Positions 1-9,125 of a DNA stretch of 64,000 bases are shown here, one piece after another. The notes under the pieces were generated by a model. That model ran no database searches. It was not told where the DNA came from and saw only the letters and a program-made list of their open reading frames with translations. The stretch's first letter is position 1, and each line of letters starts with the position of its first letter. The DNA is from Planctomycetota bacterium (lineage in GTDB: Bacteria > Planctomycetota > UBA1135 > UBA2386), in contig JBKAGP010000001.1 in NCBI GenBank assembly GCA_046290465.1, positions 5,824,001-5,888,000 of the forward strand. The letters run 5' to 3'. The translations under genes were made by a program, and so were the position numbers.

Positions 1-1
1 G

Positions 2-712
2 CTGAAGGAGTTCCGCAAGAAGATCAAGAAGGGCGACCTGCCCAAGTGGATGGCGGATGCCCTGGCCGACGTGCAGGGCCGCTTCGCGCCGGACCAGCCG
101 ATCCGCTGCCGATCGTCGACCAACAACGAGGACCTGCCCGGATTCAGTGGCGCCGGTCTCTACGACTCGTTCACGCACAAGCCGGACGAGGGCCACCTCG
201 GCAAGTCGATCCGCCAGGTGTTCGCGAGCCTGTGGAACTTCCGCGCCTACGAGGAGCGTGAGTTCCACCGCATCGACCACCTGCAGGCTGCGATGGGCGT
301 CGTGCTGCACGCCAACCAGAAGCTCGAGCAGGTCAACGGCGTCGCCGTGACCAAGGACGTGCTCTACAAGGCGCAGCATCCGGACCTGCGGCTCTACTAC
401 GTCAACGCGCAGGTCGGCGAGGATCTGGTCACCAACCCCGATGCCGAGTCGGTGCCGGAGGAACTGCTGCTGTCGCCGCGCAACCCCCGGCGCGATCGCG
501 TGCTGCAGCACAGCAACCGCGTCGACGGCGACGCGTCGGTGCTGTCGCAGGCGCACCGGCAGGAACTGCGGCGCTGCATGCGCCAGCTGCACGACCGCTT
601 CGCGCGCCTTTACGGCCGCGGCGACGACCCCGACTTCGCGATGGAGATCGAGTTCAAGGTCACCCGCCACGGCGAACTGCTGATCAAGCAGGCGCGGCCG
701 TGGATCGAGTAG
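2..712 (+). CDS. PEP/pyruvate-binding (PPDK/PEP-synthase N-terminal ATP-grasp) domain protein, 5'-partial
   Basis: Frame is open from base 2. Motifs RSSTNNEDLPGFSGAGLYDS, IRQVFASLWN and MEIEFK...IKQARP. Confidence 0.8.
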   Translation: MKEFRKKIKKGDLPKWMADALADVQGRFAPDQPIRCRSSTNNEDLPGFSGAGLYDSFTHKPDEGHLGKSIRQVFASLWNFRAYEEREFHRIDHLQAAMGVVLHANQKLEQVNGVAVTKDVLYKAQHPDLRLYYVNAQVGEDLVTNPDAESVPEELLLSPRNPRRDRVLQHSNRVDGDASVLSQAHRQELRRCMRQLHDRFARLYGRGDDPDFAMEIEFKVTRHGELLIKQARPWIE

Positions 713-719
713 GGCGCGG

Positions 720-1847
720 TCAGCGGACGGCGCGGTAGCTGCCGTCCGGAGCCAGCAGCGTGAAGGCGGCGCGCCTTTCCGGGCGCAGCGAGCCGAACCC
801 GTCGGCGCCGAGCAGGCGCGCGGGGTTGGTGCTGGCCAGGCGCGCCAGGGTCCACGGGCCGGCGTCGGGCACGAACGTCAAGAAGTTGTGCGCGGCCTGG
901 GCCATCGTCAGCGCCGAACCGGCGAGGTTGCCCTGCGCATCGCGCACCACCCCGTCGGTCGCGGTGACCTCCATGCCCGACAGCGTGTAGGTGCCGTTCG
1001 GCATGCCGGCCGCTCCGACGGCGTCGGTGACCAGCGCCATCCGGTGGGCGCCGAGCAGCCGGAACGCGTTGCGCACCATCGTCGGCGAGACGTGCACGCC
1101 GTCGACGATCACCGGGCAGGTGACGCGGTCGTCGTCGAGCGCGAGCGCGGCGGGGCCGAGTTCGCGGTGGTGCAGGCGGCCCATCACGTTGAACAGGTGG
1201 GTGACCGCGGTCGCGCCGGCGTCGACGCAGGCCGCGAAGCCGTCGGGCCGGTCGCAGTGGCCGAGCGCGACGGTGGCGCCGGCCTCGACCAGACGGCGGG
1301 TCGCGTCGGCCGCACCTTCGGCGGCGTTGCCGAGCGTCACCAGCAGCTGGTGGCCGTCCGCCGCGGCGAGCAGCTCGTCGACCCGTTCGGGCGTCGGCGC
1401 GACGAAGCACGCGGGGTCGTGCGCGCCGGGCGTCGTCAGGAACGGCCCCTCGACGTGCAGGCCGAGCGGCTCGGCGCCGCGGCCCGACCACGACCCGATC
1501 CAACTCGCGACGTCCCGCACCTGCTGCAGCAGACGGGACCATGGCGCCGTGATCAGGGTCGGCAGGAACGCGACCGCGCCGCCCTGCCAGACCGCGTCGG
1601 CGACGACGTCGAGCGCGTCGGGCGTCGCTTCGTCGACGCTGCGGCCGCCGGCGCCGTTGACCTGCAGGTCGACGAAGCCCGGCAACAATGTGCCGCGCAG
1701 CTTCGTCGCGTCGGCACTGCCGGGCTGTTGGTCGATCGCGACGATCCGGCCGTCTTGCGCGGTGATCCTGGTGCCGGCCTGCACGACCTCGGGCAACACG
1801 GCGCGGTCGACGATCCACTCGCTGTCGTTCACGCTGCTGTCGTTCAC
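720..1847 (-). CDS. nagA: N-acetylglucosamine-6-phosphate deacetylase
   Basis: PGFVDLQVNG, FLPTLIT, GLHVEGPF, ALGH, THLFN, DGVH, LVTDA, LAGSALT and STNPA motifs. GTG start estimated at 1847 (alternative 1832). Confidence 0.9.
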   Translation of the reverse strand: MNDSSVNDSEWIVDRAVLPEVVQAGTRITAQDGRIVAIDQQPGSADATKLRGTLLPGFVDLQVNGAGGRSVDEATPDALDVVADAVWQGGAVAFLPTLITAPWSRLLQQVRDVASWIGSWSGRGAEPLGLHVEGPFLTTPGAHDPACFVAPTPERVDELLAAADGHQLLVTLGNAAEGAADATRRLVEAGATVALGHCDRPDGFAACVDAGATAVTHLFNVMGRLHHRELGPAALALDDDRVTCPVIVDGVHVSPTMVRNAFRLLGAHRMALVTDAVGAAGMPNGTYTLSGMEVTATDGVVRDAQGNLAGSALTMAQAAHNFLTFVPDAGPWTLARLASTNPARLLGADGFGSLRPERRAAFTLLAPDGSYRAVR

Positions 1848-1911
1848 GCTGGCAGGGTAGATCGCCGAACGGCTCGTCGCCAGCGCGCGTCGGGCGTAGG
1901 ATCGCCGCCAC

Positions 1912-3453
1912 ATGCGAATCTCGCTGCAAGTATCGCTGGGACTGCTGCTGGCGTGCGGCGCGCTCGCGGGGTGGTTGCTGGGCTCGGTCGTTCCGGACGG
2001 GCTCGTCGCGCAGGTCCGGCGCGAGGTCGTCACGCAGCCGTTCCACCTGTCGCGCGTCGTCGACGTCACCGAAGGCCACTGGTTCTTCCTGCCGCAGCTG
2101 TGGGGGGACTTCGACCTGCAGATGGACCTCGAACTCGGCGAAGGGGTCGAGGTCGACGTGCTGCTGCGCCAGGTCGAGCCGCGCTTCGTCGACGAGGTCA
2201 AGCTGCCGTTCGCCGGACGCTTCGCGGCGCTGCGGGTCTCGACCGAAGGCGACGGCGCCGGCTGGCGCACCCGGGACGAAGCGCTGTTCGGGCCCAAGGG
2301 CGGCGGCGTCGGCGTCGAGCCGGGGCTGCCGTCGACGGTGTGGATCGAGGCGCGCGGAGGCACGCTGACCGCGAACGTCGGCGGCAAGCGCCAGGCCGCC
2401 TTCGAGGCAGACGACGTCTACGGCATGTTCGCGGTGCTCGCGCGCGGCGGCAAGGCGGTGATCCACCGGCTCGACATCCAGGCGCGCGCGGTGCCGGACC
2501 TGTGGCTGTGGCAGCGGTGGACCTGGCTCGGCTTCGGCGTCGCCGCGGCGCTGGGGGTCGCGGCGTTCACGGCGCTGCTGTCGCGGCAACGGCCGTTTGC
2601 GGCGGCCGGCGGCGCGATGTTGGGGCTGACCGCGTCGCTGGTGCACGGCGTCGAACTCGACCTGATGTTCCCCGACGTCGCGGGCATGGTGGTGCTGCTG
2701 GCCGCACCCGCGGCGGTCGCGGTGCTGGTCGGAGCGCTGCGCGGGCGCGCGCTGACGGCGGCGACGCTGCTGGTCGCGGCGGCGGTGGTGGCGCTGTGGT
2801 CGTTCGAAGAACGGGTCGCGCCGGCCGTCGCACGCACGCTCGGCGCGGTCGACAGCGGCGCGGTCGACGCGGTGTTCGGACCGGACTCGGGCGAGCAGCC
2901 GAGCCGCGCGTTGGGCATGCTGGTGCGGCAACCCAACGGTCTGGTCGATCCCGAGAAGCGCGGTCGGCGCGCGTTCCTGCTCGGAGGCGAGTGGCTCTAC
3001 AACCGCGGTGAGCCGGGCGAGCACGTCGGCCTGCAGCTGGCGGCGCTGCTCGGCGGTGCCTTCGGTGCCGGCGCCGACGCGCCGAGCCTGCCGACCGTCG
3101 ACGGCCACAGCAGCCAGCAGTGGCGGCTGTTCGACGGCTTCTTCCAGGGGTTCGCGCCCGACGTGCTGGTGTTCGGCGTCGGCGCCTCGGAGGCGGCGGT
3201 CGACGACGCCGGCGGCGCGCCGCGTTCGACCCCGGAGCGGTTCGCCGAGACGCTGCGGGAGGTGCGCGAGGACTGCCGCCGACGTGGCCGCGCGCTGGTG
3301 CTGTTCGCCGACGTCGGCACACCGCGCGGGTTCCGCGAGCAGCTGCGCGCGGCGGCGTCCGAGGACGTGCCGCTGGTCGAGCTGACCGACGAGATCCCGC
3401 GGCCCGAGGTCGCCCGCCGCCTGTTCGCCGCGATCCGGCCGCTGCTGCGATGA
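1912..3453 (+). CDS. Multi-pass membrane protein with a possible degenerate SGNH/GDSL-like C-terminal domain
   Basis: N-terminal signal/TM, several central TM helices, C-terminal PDVLVFGVG..E / ERFAETLR pattern. ATGA overlap with the next gene. Confidence 0.55.
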   Translation: MRISLQVSLGLLLACGALAGWLLGSVVPDGLVAQVRREVVTQPFHLSRVVDVTEGHWFFLPQLWGDFDLQMDLELGEGVEVDVLLRQVEPRFVDEVKLPFAGRFAALRVSTEGDGAGWRTRDEALFGPKGGGVGVEPGLPSTVWIEARGGTLTANVGGKRQAAFEADDVYGMFAVLARGGKAVIHRLDIQARAVPDLWLWQRWTWLGFGVAAALGVAAFTALLSRQRPFAAAGGAMLGLTASLVHGVELDLMFPDVAGMVVLLAAPAAVAVLVGALRGRALTAATLLVAAAVVALWSFEERVAPAVARTLGAVDSGAVDAVFGPDSGEQPSRALGMLVRQPNGLVDPEKRGRRAFLLGGEWLYNRGEPGEHVGLQLAALLGGAFGAGADAPSLPTVDGHSSQQWRLFDGFFQGFAPDVLVFGVGASEAAVDDAGGAPRSTPERFAETLREVREDCRRRGRALVLFADVGTPRGFREQLRAAASEDVPLVELTDEIPRPEVARRLFAAIRPLLR

Positions 3454-4331
3454 GCGACGCTCCGGGCTTCGACGAACTGGTGCGGCTGGCGACCAGCGCC
3501 GATCCGGCCGAGGTCGACCGTGCGCACGAATACGCGCTGGTCCGGATGCGCGGCGACCGCCGGCTGCAGATCGTCGCCGCGATGGCCTACGACCGCATCC
3601 GCGTGCTGGCCGGCAGGCCACAGAAGTTCGGCACCCAGGCGATCGCCGACGGCGGCCGGCTGGTGCCGTGGCCGGTCGACCCGGCGACGACCGACACCGA
3701 GCGCGCCAAGTGGGGCGTCGCGACGCTGCAGCGGCTGCTCGAACGGATCGTCGAGGCCCCGATCGTCGACAAGGCAATGCTGCGCTCGCTGCTGCGCGCG
3801 CGGCGCCGGGCGGTCGACGACGTCGCGCGCCAGGCGGCCGCCGAACGGATCCGAGAGCACGGCCTCGCGACGTTCGGCAGCTGGTGCCAGGATCGGGTCG
3901 TCGCCGCCTATTGGCCGCTGCCCGACGAGGCCGACCCGCGGCCGCTGGCCCGGGCGCTCCGAGAACGGCACGGCGCGCGGCTCGCGCTGCCGGTCGTCGA
4001 CGGCGAGCACCTGACGTTCCGGGCGTGGCGCGATGACGCGGAGCTCCGTCCGGCCGGCTTCGGCACGCTCGGGCCGGCGCCGGTCGCAACCGAGCTGCAG
4101 CCCGACGTGGTGCTGGCGCCGTTGGTCGGCCTCGATGCGCGCGGCGGCCGGATCGGCCAGGGCAAGGGCTTCTACGACCGGGCCACGGCGCGGCTCGACC
4201 AGGGACCGGGCGTGCGCGTCGTCGGGGTCGCGTTCGCCTGCCAGCTGCTGCCGGCGGTGCCGACCGAGGTGCACGACCGACGCCTCGACGGCTACGTCAC
4301 CGAGGCCGGCGCGACCGCGTTGTCCCGCTGA
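3450..4331 (+). CDS. 5-formyltetrahydrofolate cyclo-ligase with an extra N-terminal domain
   Basis: KAMLRSLLRARR, VAAYWPLPDEADP, PDVVLAPLVGLD..GGRIGQGKGFYDR and VPTEVHDRRLDGYVTE. Confidence 0.85.
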   Translation: MSDAPGFDELVRLATSADPAEVDRAHEYALVRMRGDRRLQIVAAMAYDRIRVLAGRPQKFGTQAIADGGRLVPWPVDPATTDTERAKWGVATLQRLLERIVEAPIVDKAMLRSLLRARRRAVDDVARQAAAERIREHGLATFGSWCQDRVVAAYWPLPDEADPRPLARALRERHGARLALPVVDGEHLTFRAWRDDAELRPAGFGTLGPAPVATELQPDVVLAPLVGLDARGGRIGQGKGFYDRATARLDQGPGVRVVGVAFACQLLPAVPTEVHDRRLDGYVTEAGATALSR

Positions 4332-4355
4332 CGGTCGCGTCCTGCCCTGACCGCC

Positions 4356-4472
4356 ATGCACCCAGGTCTGATCGTCGCACTGCTGCTGCTCGCCGGGCTG
4401 ATCTGGTTCGGCCTGCAGGGCTGGGAGCGGCTGGTGCGCATCCGGCGCGCGCAGGTGCCCGAGACCTCTTGA
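4356..4472 (+). CDS. 38-aa single-TM peptide, or the N-terminus of 4512..5093 interrupted by an in-frame TGA
   Basis: MHPGLIVALLLLAGLIWFGLQGWERLVRIRRAQVPETS* with typical GC3 codons, in the same frame as 4512..5093. Confidence 0.55.
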   Translation: MHPGLIVALLLLAGLIWFGLQGWERLVRIRRAQVPETS

Positions 4473-4511
4473 GGCCGGACTGCGCGGGCGCGTGCCGCCC
4501 GCCCCGAGTCG

Positions 4512-5093
4512 TTGCCGGACCGCGCGCGCGCGTTCGGCGCGGGACGCACCTGGTTCGCGTTGCGCGCCGACGACCCGGAGCAGGTCGTGCAGGCGCTGCG
4601 GCTGCGCACGGTGCTGCCGGCCAACTGGCGCGCCGGCCTCGACGAGGTCGCCGAGCAGGGGGTGTTCGTGACGCCGCCGGTCGACGGTTGGGTGTTCGCG
4701 GTGGGGCGCGACGTGGCGGTGCGCACGGCGGATCCGACCGAGATCGAACCGCTGGTCGCGTTGCTGTCCGAACGGTTCGGCGAGGCGTTCTGGTTTGCGA
4801 CCGACGACGACCGCGAGGTGCACGGCTGGGCCCGCGGCGAGCGCGGCGTGCTGACGCGCGGCTACGCGTTCGCCGAGGAGCACGGCCACATCTTCTGGCA
4901 CGGCGACGTCACCGAGCACGAGCACGCGCTCGGTTGCTTCGTCGACGACCCGCGCGACCGCAGCGACGACGAGATCAAGTGGTGGCCCGACCGCGCGACG
5001 GTCTGCGCGCTCGCCGGCCGCTGGGCGGTCGATCCGTCGCGCATCGACGCGGGCATGCAGCCGGCCGGCGCCGGCTTCGTCGGGCGCTTGTGA
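4512..5093 (+). CDS. Hypothetical protein (Trp-rich)
   Basis: Protein-like composition (ANWRAGL, VFVTPPVDGWVFAVG, HGWARG) and strong GC3 codon bias. TTG start uncertain. Confidence 0.7.
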   Translation: MPDRARAFGAGRTWFALRADDPEQVVQALRLRTVLPANWRAGLDEVAEQGVFVTPPVDGWVFAVGRDVAVRTADPTEIEPLVALLSERFGEAFWFATDDDREVHGWARGERGVLTRGYAFAEEHGHIFWHGDVTEHEHALGCFVDDPRDRSDDEIKWWPDRATVCALAGRWAVDPSRIDAGMQPAGAGFVGRL

Positions 5094-5128
5094 GCCGCCG
5101 GCGTGGACCGGCCACGCCGGGACCCGTC

Positions 5129-5384
5129 AGCGGGCAAAGCCCCGTCCGCACGCGTACTCGCCGCTTCCGCGATCCCGGTTGGCAGCGCGTCCACTCCATG
5201 GACGCGCTCCTAGCGGGCAAAGCCCCGTCCGCACGCGTACTCGCCGCTTCCGCGATCCCGGTTGGCAGCGCGTCCACTCCATGGACGCGCTCCTAGCGGG
5301 CAAAGGCCCGTCCGCACGCGTACACGCCGCTTCCGCGATCAACGGTTGGCAGCGCGTCCACTCCATGGACGCGCTCCTAGCGGG
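5129..5384. repeat. Three tandem 83-84 bp REP/BIME-like units, each with a perfect 10-bp hairpin
   Basis: Units start at 5129, 5212 and 5295, with a fourth partial at 5379. Each full unit contains AGCGCGTCCA-CTCCA-TGGACGCGCT. Lies between convergent genes. Confidence 0.9.
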
Positions 5385-7287
5385 TCCGGAACTGCTCGAT
5401 CTGGTCGGACAGCGAGTCGAGTTCTTCCGACATCGCGCCGATCGTGGCCGACAGCTGCTGCGAGGCGGCGGCCGACGACTCGGTCTGCTGCTGCACCTGC
5501 TGCAGGTGCTCGCCGATGACCTCGGAGCCGTCGCGCTGCGCCTCGCAGGCGACGCCGATGTCCGACATGCTCTGCCGGACGCGCGTGGTGTGATCGGTGA
5601 TCGTCGCCAGCGACGCGCGCATCCGGTCGCTGGTCTCGAAGCCGCGCTCGGCGCAGGTCGCCGACTCGACGATGCGCGCGCTGGTCTCGTTGGCGGCGTC
5701 GCTGCTGCGCTTGGCCAGTTCGCGGACCTCCTCGGCGACCACCGCAAAGCCCTTGCCGGCCTCGCCGGCGCGCGCCGCCTCGACCGCGGCGTTGAGCGCC
5801 AGCAGGTTGGTCTGGAACGCGATGCTCTGGATCGTGTCGATGACCTTGCGCTGCTCCTCGGTCGCGTTCTGCAGGTCGGTCATCGAGGCGACCAGGTCCT
5901 CGGCGGCCTTGGCGACGTCCTGGGTCGCCTCGTTGGCGAGGTTGGCGACCTCGTCGCTGTTGGCGGCGCCGCCGGCGGTCTCGCGGGTGCGCTCGACCAG
6001 GCCCTCCATCGACTCGGTGACCTGGTGCAGTGCGTGGCTCTGCGCCGACGCGCCATTGGCGGTGTTGGTCGCCGAGGCCGCGATGTCCTGGCTGTTGTTG
6101 CGCAGCGCCATCACGGTCTCGCGCGCCTGGTCCATCACCTCGGCGACCTTGGCGGTCGCGTCGTTGAGCGCCACCGCGATCTCGCCGAACTCGTCCTGCG
6201 ACTCGATCGGCACCTCGTGGGCGAGGTCGCGTTGCGCGAGGCGGCGGATGCCGTCGTGCAGCACCTGCACCGAGCGGCGGATGCGTCGCTGGATCCAGAC
6301 GAACAGCACCGACGACGCGACCACCGCGACCAGCATCATCAGCACGTGCCCGAGCGCCTTGCCGCCGGCGACGGCCCGGTTGGAGTCGGCGGTCGCCTGC
6401 AGCGACCGGGCCTGGCGCGCCTCGAGGTCTGCCAGCAGGTCGATCTTGTCGGTCGCGGCGTCGAACCACGCCGCCGGGTCGGTCGCGAAGCCCTCGCCGG
6501 TCGTTCCCGACAGCACCTTGCCCTGCAGTTCGTCGACGCGCGCGAACGCGGCCGACGCCATCGCCTCGGTGGCGGCGGCGCGAAGCTCCGGGGTGGTGAA
6601 CGCGACGAACTGGCGCAGCCCGTCCTGGTTCTGCTGCGCGAGCCTGGCCAGCGCCGCTAGCTGCGCCGGCGCCACCCGGTCGGCGCTGAACACGCGCGAC
6701 AGCCGCGCACGCTTGATGCCCTCCTTCTCCTTGCCGCGCAGCAGCGACAGGTAGGCGATCGCCTCGCGCGACAGCGGGCCGTCCTGCGCGGCCGTGCCGA
6801 GCGACTCGACCGTGTCGAGCAGGAGTTCGTTGCCGCGGGTATACCAGCCGATCGCTCCGTTCGCCGCATCCTCCCTGCCGTCGACCGCGCTGCGCATCGC
6901 CGCGAGCCCGTCGAGGTGGCGCAGGGCAGCCTCGATGCGCGACCGCACGGTCGGTTCTGCGGCCGCGGCGGGCACGGCGCGGCGGAGTTGTTCGAGCGCA
7001 CGGTCGGTGCGCGTGCGCTGCTCGCCGAGGCGATCGGCGAAGCGGTCGTCCGGTTGCGCCAGGAACAGCGCGGTCGTGCCACGCTCCTTCTGGGTCTCGT
7101 GCAGCAGGCGGCCGGCGTCGACGCCGACGTCCACCAAGGTGCGGATCGTCGCAGCGCGGGACCGCGCCCGCAGGTGGCCGAGGATCGCGTTGGTCTCGAG
7201 GATCGCCAGGGCGACCGCCGGAACCGCGAACACGATCAGGATCTTCTGTCGGAGGCTGGTCTTGCGCAGGAACCGCAGCGGCTTCAT
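5377..7287 (-). CDS. Methyl-accepting chemotaxis protein with NIT (nitrate/nitrite-sensing) and HAMP domains
   Basis: [34 protein letters not shown] hairpin tip, [12 protein letters not shown]-like motif, two TMs, [12 protein letters not shown] segment. Confidence 0.92.
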   Translation of the reverse strand: MKPLRFLRKTSLRQKILIVFAVPAVALAILETNAILGHLRARSRAATIRTLVDVGVDAGRLLHETQKERGTTALFLAQPDDRFADRLGEQRTRTDRALEQLRRAVPAAAAEPTVRSRIEAALRHLDGLAAMRSAVDGREDAANGAIGWYTRGNELLLDTVESLGTAAQDGPLSREAIAYLSLLRGKEKEGIKRARLSRVFSADRVAPAQLAALARLAQQNQDGLRQFVAFTTPELRAAATEAMASAAFARVDELQGKVLSGTTGEGFATDPAAWFDAATDKIDLLADLEARQARSLQATADSNRAVAGGKALGHVLMMLVAVVASSVLFVWIQRRIRRSVQVLHDGIRRLAQRDLAHEVPIESQDEFGEIAVALNDATAKVAEVMDQARETVMALRNNSQDIAASATNTANGASAQSHALHQVTESMEGLVERTRETAGGAANSDEVANLANEATQDVAKAAEDLVASMTDLQNATEEQRKVIDTIQSIAFQTNLLALNAAVEAARAGEAGKGFAVVAEEVRELAKRSSDAANETSARIVESATCAERGFETSDRMRASLATITDHTTRVRQSMSDIGVACEAQRDGSEVIGEHLQQVQQQTESSAAASQQLSATIGAMSEELDSLSDQIEQFRTR

Positions 7288-7398
7288 GGCGGGGGCTATC
7301 GGTCGTAGCCGAGGACCCGGTGCAGTGGGAGTTCCGCCTAAGGAGAGCCCTCAGCGCTGGCGTCGGCCGCGAGCGGAGGTACCCTTCTCCGACCGAAG

Positions 7399-9099
7399 AT
7401 GCCGCGCCCACTCGTGTTCTGGACCGTTGCGCTGCTCGCCGTCGGCTGGGCGGCGTGGCGCGCGACGGCGTTGGCCTGGACCTGCGACGACGCGTTCATC
7501 ACCTTCCGCTACGCGCAGAACTTCGTCGACGGCAACGGGTTGGTGTTCAACCTCGACCCCGGGGAGGCGCCCGTCGAGGGCTACACCAACTTCAGCTGGA
7601 CGATGTGGATGGCGTTCGGCGCGATGCTCGGCTTTGGCCACGCCGGCATGGAGTCGTGGTCGATCTTCTGGGGCGTGGTGTGCCACGCGGCCGTCGTGCT
7701 GTTGCTCGCCGGGATGGCGTGGCGGGCCAGTTCGGGGCGTGCGGTGGTGCCGGTCGCGGCGTGCGGCTACGCAGCCGTGCACCATGCCGCGTCGCTGGCG
7801 CCGGCCGGGCTCGAGACCGCCCTGTTCGTGCTGCTCGCGACGGCGATGGCGCGGCTGGCGATGGCGCTGCGCTGCGCGCGCGAAGCGTGGCTGATGGGCT
7901 TCCTCGGCGTGCTGTGCGCGATGACCCGTCCCGATGGCGGCATCTTCGTCGCGATGGGCGGGTTGTTCGTGTTGTTCGATGCCTGCGACCGGCGCGCGCC
8001 GCGGCTGTTGCTCGGCTACGTGGCGCCGTTCGTGCTGGTGTTCGCGCCCTACCTGCTGTGGCGCCACGCGTTCTACGGCGCCTGGGTGCCCAACACGGCG
8101 GTCGCCAAGTCGGCGAGCGAACCGTTCTTCGAGCTGGGCTGGCCGTACGTGCGCGACTTCTTCGGCTGTTACTGGGCGCTGCTGCCGGGCGTCGTGCCGG
8201 TGCTGTGGTTCGCGCTGCGCAAGCCCGACGTGCTGGCGACGATCTCGCCGTTCCTCGGCCGCCGGCCGTGGCTGGTGCTGCTGGCGTTCGTGGCGCCGTA
8301 CCTGGCGTTCGTGACCTGGGTCGGCGGCGACTTCATGTTCGGTCGGTTCGCGCTGCCGGTGCTGCCGCTGCTGCTGTTCGGCTGGGACCTGGCGCTGCAG
8401 CGCTGGCGGCCGCTGTGGCTGCAGCCGCTGGTTGCGGGCCTGCTGGTCGTGGGCCTGAGCCTGCCGGTGGAGCCGGCGGGGCTCGACGATCCGCGCAACC
8501 CGGTCAGCGACAACCGCCGCATCACGCTGGCACCGGTCCCCGGCACGAACGTGACGTGGGCCGACGCGTTCCGCCTCTGCGGCGACTACCTGCAGCCGCT
8601 GTTCGACGGCCTCGACGTGCGCATCGCGATCGCCGGCAGCCACGCCAACGTGGCGTTCCGCGCCGAGGTGCCGGTCGCGGTCGAGGTCGCCGCGGGGCTG
8701 ACCGATGCGCACATCGCGAGGCTGCCGTACCGCAAGCGCGGCAAGGCCGGCCACGGCAAGCCGTCGGACCCGCAGTACCTCGAGCGCCGCGGCGTGCACT
8801 TCCACCTGGAGCCGACCTACCTCGCGGCGGACCCGTGGCGCAAGATCGTGTTCGTGCCGTGCGGGCTGCCGGCGCGGCTGGTGACCTGGGATCGCGAGTT
8901 GATGGCCGAACTACGGCGGCGCGACCCGAACGTCGCCTTCGACGACTTCGAGTTGTTCCTCGATCGCTACCTCGCCGACCTGCCCAACAAGGGCAAACGG
9001 CAGGTGGCCAAGGACCTGGCCAAGTTCCGTCGGTTCTACTTCGACCACAACGACGACCCCGAACGGCTGCGCCGGTTCGAGCAGTTCGTCGGCCAGTAG
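7399..9099 (+). CDS. GT-C-fold integral membrane glycosyltransferase (AftB/ArnT-like)
   Basis: [12 protein letters not shown]...GLVFN..GE.PVEGYTN, GLETALF, MTRPDG, PNT..AK and GGDFM..RF motifs, with many TMs. Confidence 0.8.
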   Translation: MPRPLVFWTVALLAVGWAAWRATALAWTCDDAFITFRYAQNFVDGNGLVFNLDPGEAPVEGYTNFSWTMWMAFGAMLGFGHAGMESWSIFWGVVCHAAVVLLLAGMAWRASSGRAVVPVAACGYAAVHHAASLAPAGLETALFVLLATAMARLAMALRCAREAWLMGFLGVLCAMTRPDGGIFVAMGGLFVLFDACDRRAPRLLLGYVAPFVLVFAPYLLWRHAFYGAWVPNTAVAKSASEPFFELGWPYVRDFFGCYWALLPGVVPVLWFALRKPDVLATISPFLGRRPWLVLLAFVAPYLAFVTWVGGDFMFGRFALPVLPLLLFGWDLALQRWRPLWLQPLVAGLLVVGLSLPVEPAGLDDPRNPVSDNRRITLAPVPGTNVTWADAFRLCGDYLQPLFDGLDVRIAIAGSHANVAFRAEVPVAVEVAAGLTDAHIARLPYRKRGKAGHGKPSDPQYLERRGVHFHLEPTYLAADPWRKIVFVPCGLPARLVTWDRELMAELRRRDPNVAFDDFELFLDRYLADLPNKGKRQVAKDLAKFRRFYFDHNDDPERLRRFEQFVGQ

Positions 9100-9125
9100 A
9101 CCCGCCCCAGGACCGTAGCGGCCGT

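Noticed and set aside
3300..3450. 6S RNA upstream of the 5-formyl-THF cyclo-ligase gene
   Set aside because: The upstream gene overlaps the start codon, leaving no intergenic space.
610..4089. Very long Arg/Ala/Pro-rich ORFs such as 610..4089, 43581..46388 and 11187..13442
   Set aside because: These are shadow frames of real genes in high-GC DNA.
5129..5384. CRISPR array
   Set aside because: Whole units are near-identical with no unique spacers, and no cas genes are in the window.
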